A program made the position numbers and the translations under genes. From a virus: DNA of 64,000 bases. Within the stretch, counting starts at the first letter, position 1. Each line of letters begins with the position of its first letter. Shown in pieces: positions 62,682 through 64,000 of the stretch. The notes under the pieces were generated by a model. The model ran no database searches. It was not told the DNA's origin and saw only the letters and a program-made list of their open reading frames with translations. The stretch is taken from the IMG/VR virus record IMGVR_UViG_3300036715_002961, positions 24,801 to 88,800 of that record; one strand, given 5' to 3'.

Positions 62682-64000
62682 TCAGAAAGGGATCTCGTCG
62701 TCGGGATCCGGGGAACCGTCCTCGCCAACCGATTCAACGGCGGCGGGGGCGGGCGGCGCAGCCTGCTTCGGCTTAGCAGCGGGAGCGGGAGCGGGAGCGG
62801 GAGCGGGAGCGGGAGCGGCAGCGGCAGCGGCAGCGGCAGCGGCAGCGGCAGCGGGGGCGACGCCGTCAACAAGCGCGTAGCGCTGGCCGCAATGGGGGCA
62901 AACTTCCGCGGTGACCGAGATCTGCTTTTGGCACTTGTAGCAGGGCTCCGTTTCCTCGACCGGGGGGGCCGTGTCTACGGGACGGCGCCCGCCTCCAAAC
63001 GCGACGGGGGGCGATGCAGGGGCCGACGTGGCAGGGGCCGGCTCGGATGCCTCAGAATCGGCCGCGAGGCGCTTGCGTTCGAGCGCTCGGTCGCGAGCGG
63101 CGCGGCGTTCTTCTTCGTAGGCAGCGTCGGCCGCGTCCTGTTCCTCGAACGTCTCGCCCGGGCGCGCATTCGCGAAGATTTGGTCGAAGGGAATCCCGAT
63201 GCGCGGGTTCGCGTAGGTCTCCATGGTCTCGCGAAGCGTGAACGCGTCGAAGGGTCGGCATTCAGCGTGAACCGCGGGCGGGACCGGGCCGTCGATCATT
63301 CGAAGAATCGCCGCGTTGGGCGTCTTCGAGAGACGGGTCGACGCATCGTATTTGTCTTGGAAATTCGGCTTCTTGTTATCGAATTCCCATTCGATTGCGT
63401 AGGGGTTCAGCCAAGGCAAACCGTCCTCGCGACCGCGGTCTTTCTGCGCCTTCTGGATCGCGGTGCGCATTTTCTGGATCAGAATGCCCGGCTCGGTCGA
63501 GACGATCAAGCCGGTGTCCGGGTTCGCCTCGTCGACGTAGCAAACGACGTAGTTTTCCTTGGGGGACGCGTTTTCCTTCCACGCCTCGGTGAGAGCAATG
63601 CCCGCTTGGCGAAGTGACGTTCGCTCGCCATCCGTGAGGTCCCGACGACCGAACAGATTGAGATAGCCGCCGACGTGGATCACGACGTTGTCCTTGGGGT
63701 AGGTCGCGTCGTTGAAATCGAACAGCACGTCGGTCCAAGAAATCTGGCGCGTTTCAAGGGCGGCGAGCAGCCAGTCGGAGAGCAGATCGAACGGACACGA
63801 TTCAGCGGCGACCTTGAACCGGTTGGAACCGCGTTCGTACCCTTCGAGGCGACGCCGCGCAAGGTGCGCAGTCTACTCGTGGCAGACGTGCGGGACGCCA
63901 AAAAACTTGACGATCTTCTCTTTGTCTTCCGGCTTTTCCTTCATTTCGATCCGCTTGGGGAACGTGTGAAGGTTGACGCGAATCGGGATGACGCGCTTGT
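62682..64000 (-). CDS. Probable single-stranded DNA-binding protein (5' truncated; in-frame TAG at 63873-63875)
   Basis: C-terminal DDEIPF SSB tail; zinc ribbon CYKC...CPHC; adjacent to recA; frame open to the window edge apart from one TAG. Confidence 0.65.
62776..62853. repeat. Compound hexamer microsatellite (GGAGCG)n(GCAGCG)n encoding an Ala-run and (AP)n linker
   Basis: Directly visible tandem hexamers within the SSB linker. Confidence 0.9.

Noticed and set aside
462-63617. Many long plus-strand ORFs (e.g. 5067-6596, 9824-11227, 32555-33868, 57273-58490, 58673-59845)
   Set aside because: Antisense shadows of high-GC minus-strand genes; no motifs, RBS or operon logic.
63873-63875. Genome-wide TAG reassignment
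   Set aside because: Several genes end cleanly at TAG and no other conserved gene in the window is interrupted by TAG.

Overview
This window is 64 kb of a high-GC tailed dsDNA phage (or prophage) genome of myovirus type (tail sheath plus tube). Every credible gene is on the minus strand. In transcription order (right to left): (1) recombination/replication genes (SSB, RecA, SbcD/SbcC, Holliday-junction resolvase, ParB-like, DUF1599, sigma70-region-4 protein, MT-A70 and Dam-like methyltransferases, MazG-like); (2) a ~19 kb early region of small ORFs driven by nine copies of a promoter + hairpin + RBS cassette; (3) terminase; (4) a candidate DNA-hypermodification cluster (three ParB-like proteins, TET/JBP dioxygenase, PIG-L deacetylase, TET-associated glycosyltransferase); (5) a papain-like peptidase, fibre/spike proteins, two lysins and an SGNH esterase; (6) portal, MuF, scaffold, capsid, neck, sheath, tube, frameshifted tail chaperone and tape measure. 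Several protein families suggest a myxobacterial host (inference). Main non-coding signals: the palindrome GAACCCGGGTTC (often extended to GGGAACCCGGGTTCCC) found 16 times across genes and spacers, possibly a parS/NBS-like or operator network; a D-armless tRNA-like RNA upstream of recA; an RBS-occluding pseudoknot or switch before the tail chaperone; many apparently leaderless late promoters; and an in-frame TAG inside the SSB gene. All calls are by eye from motifs and gene order; no database searches were run.
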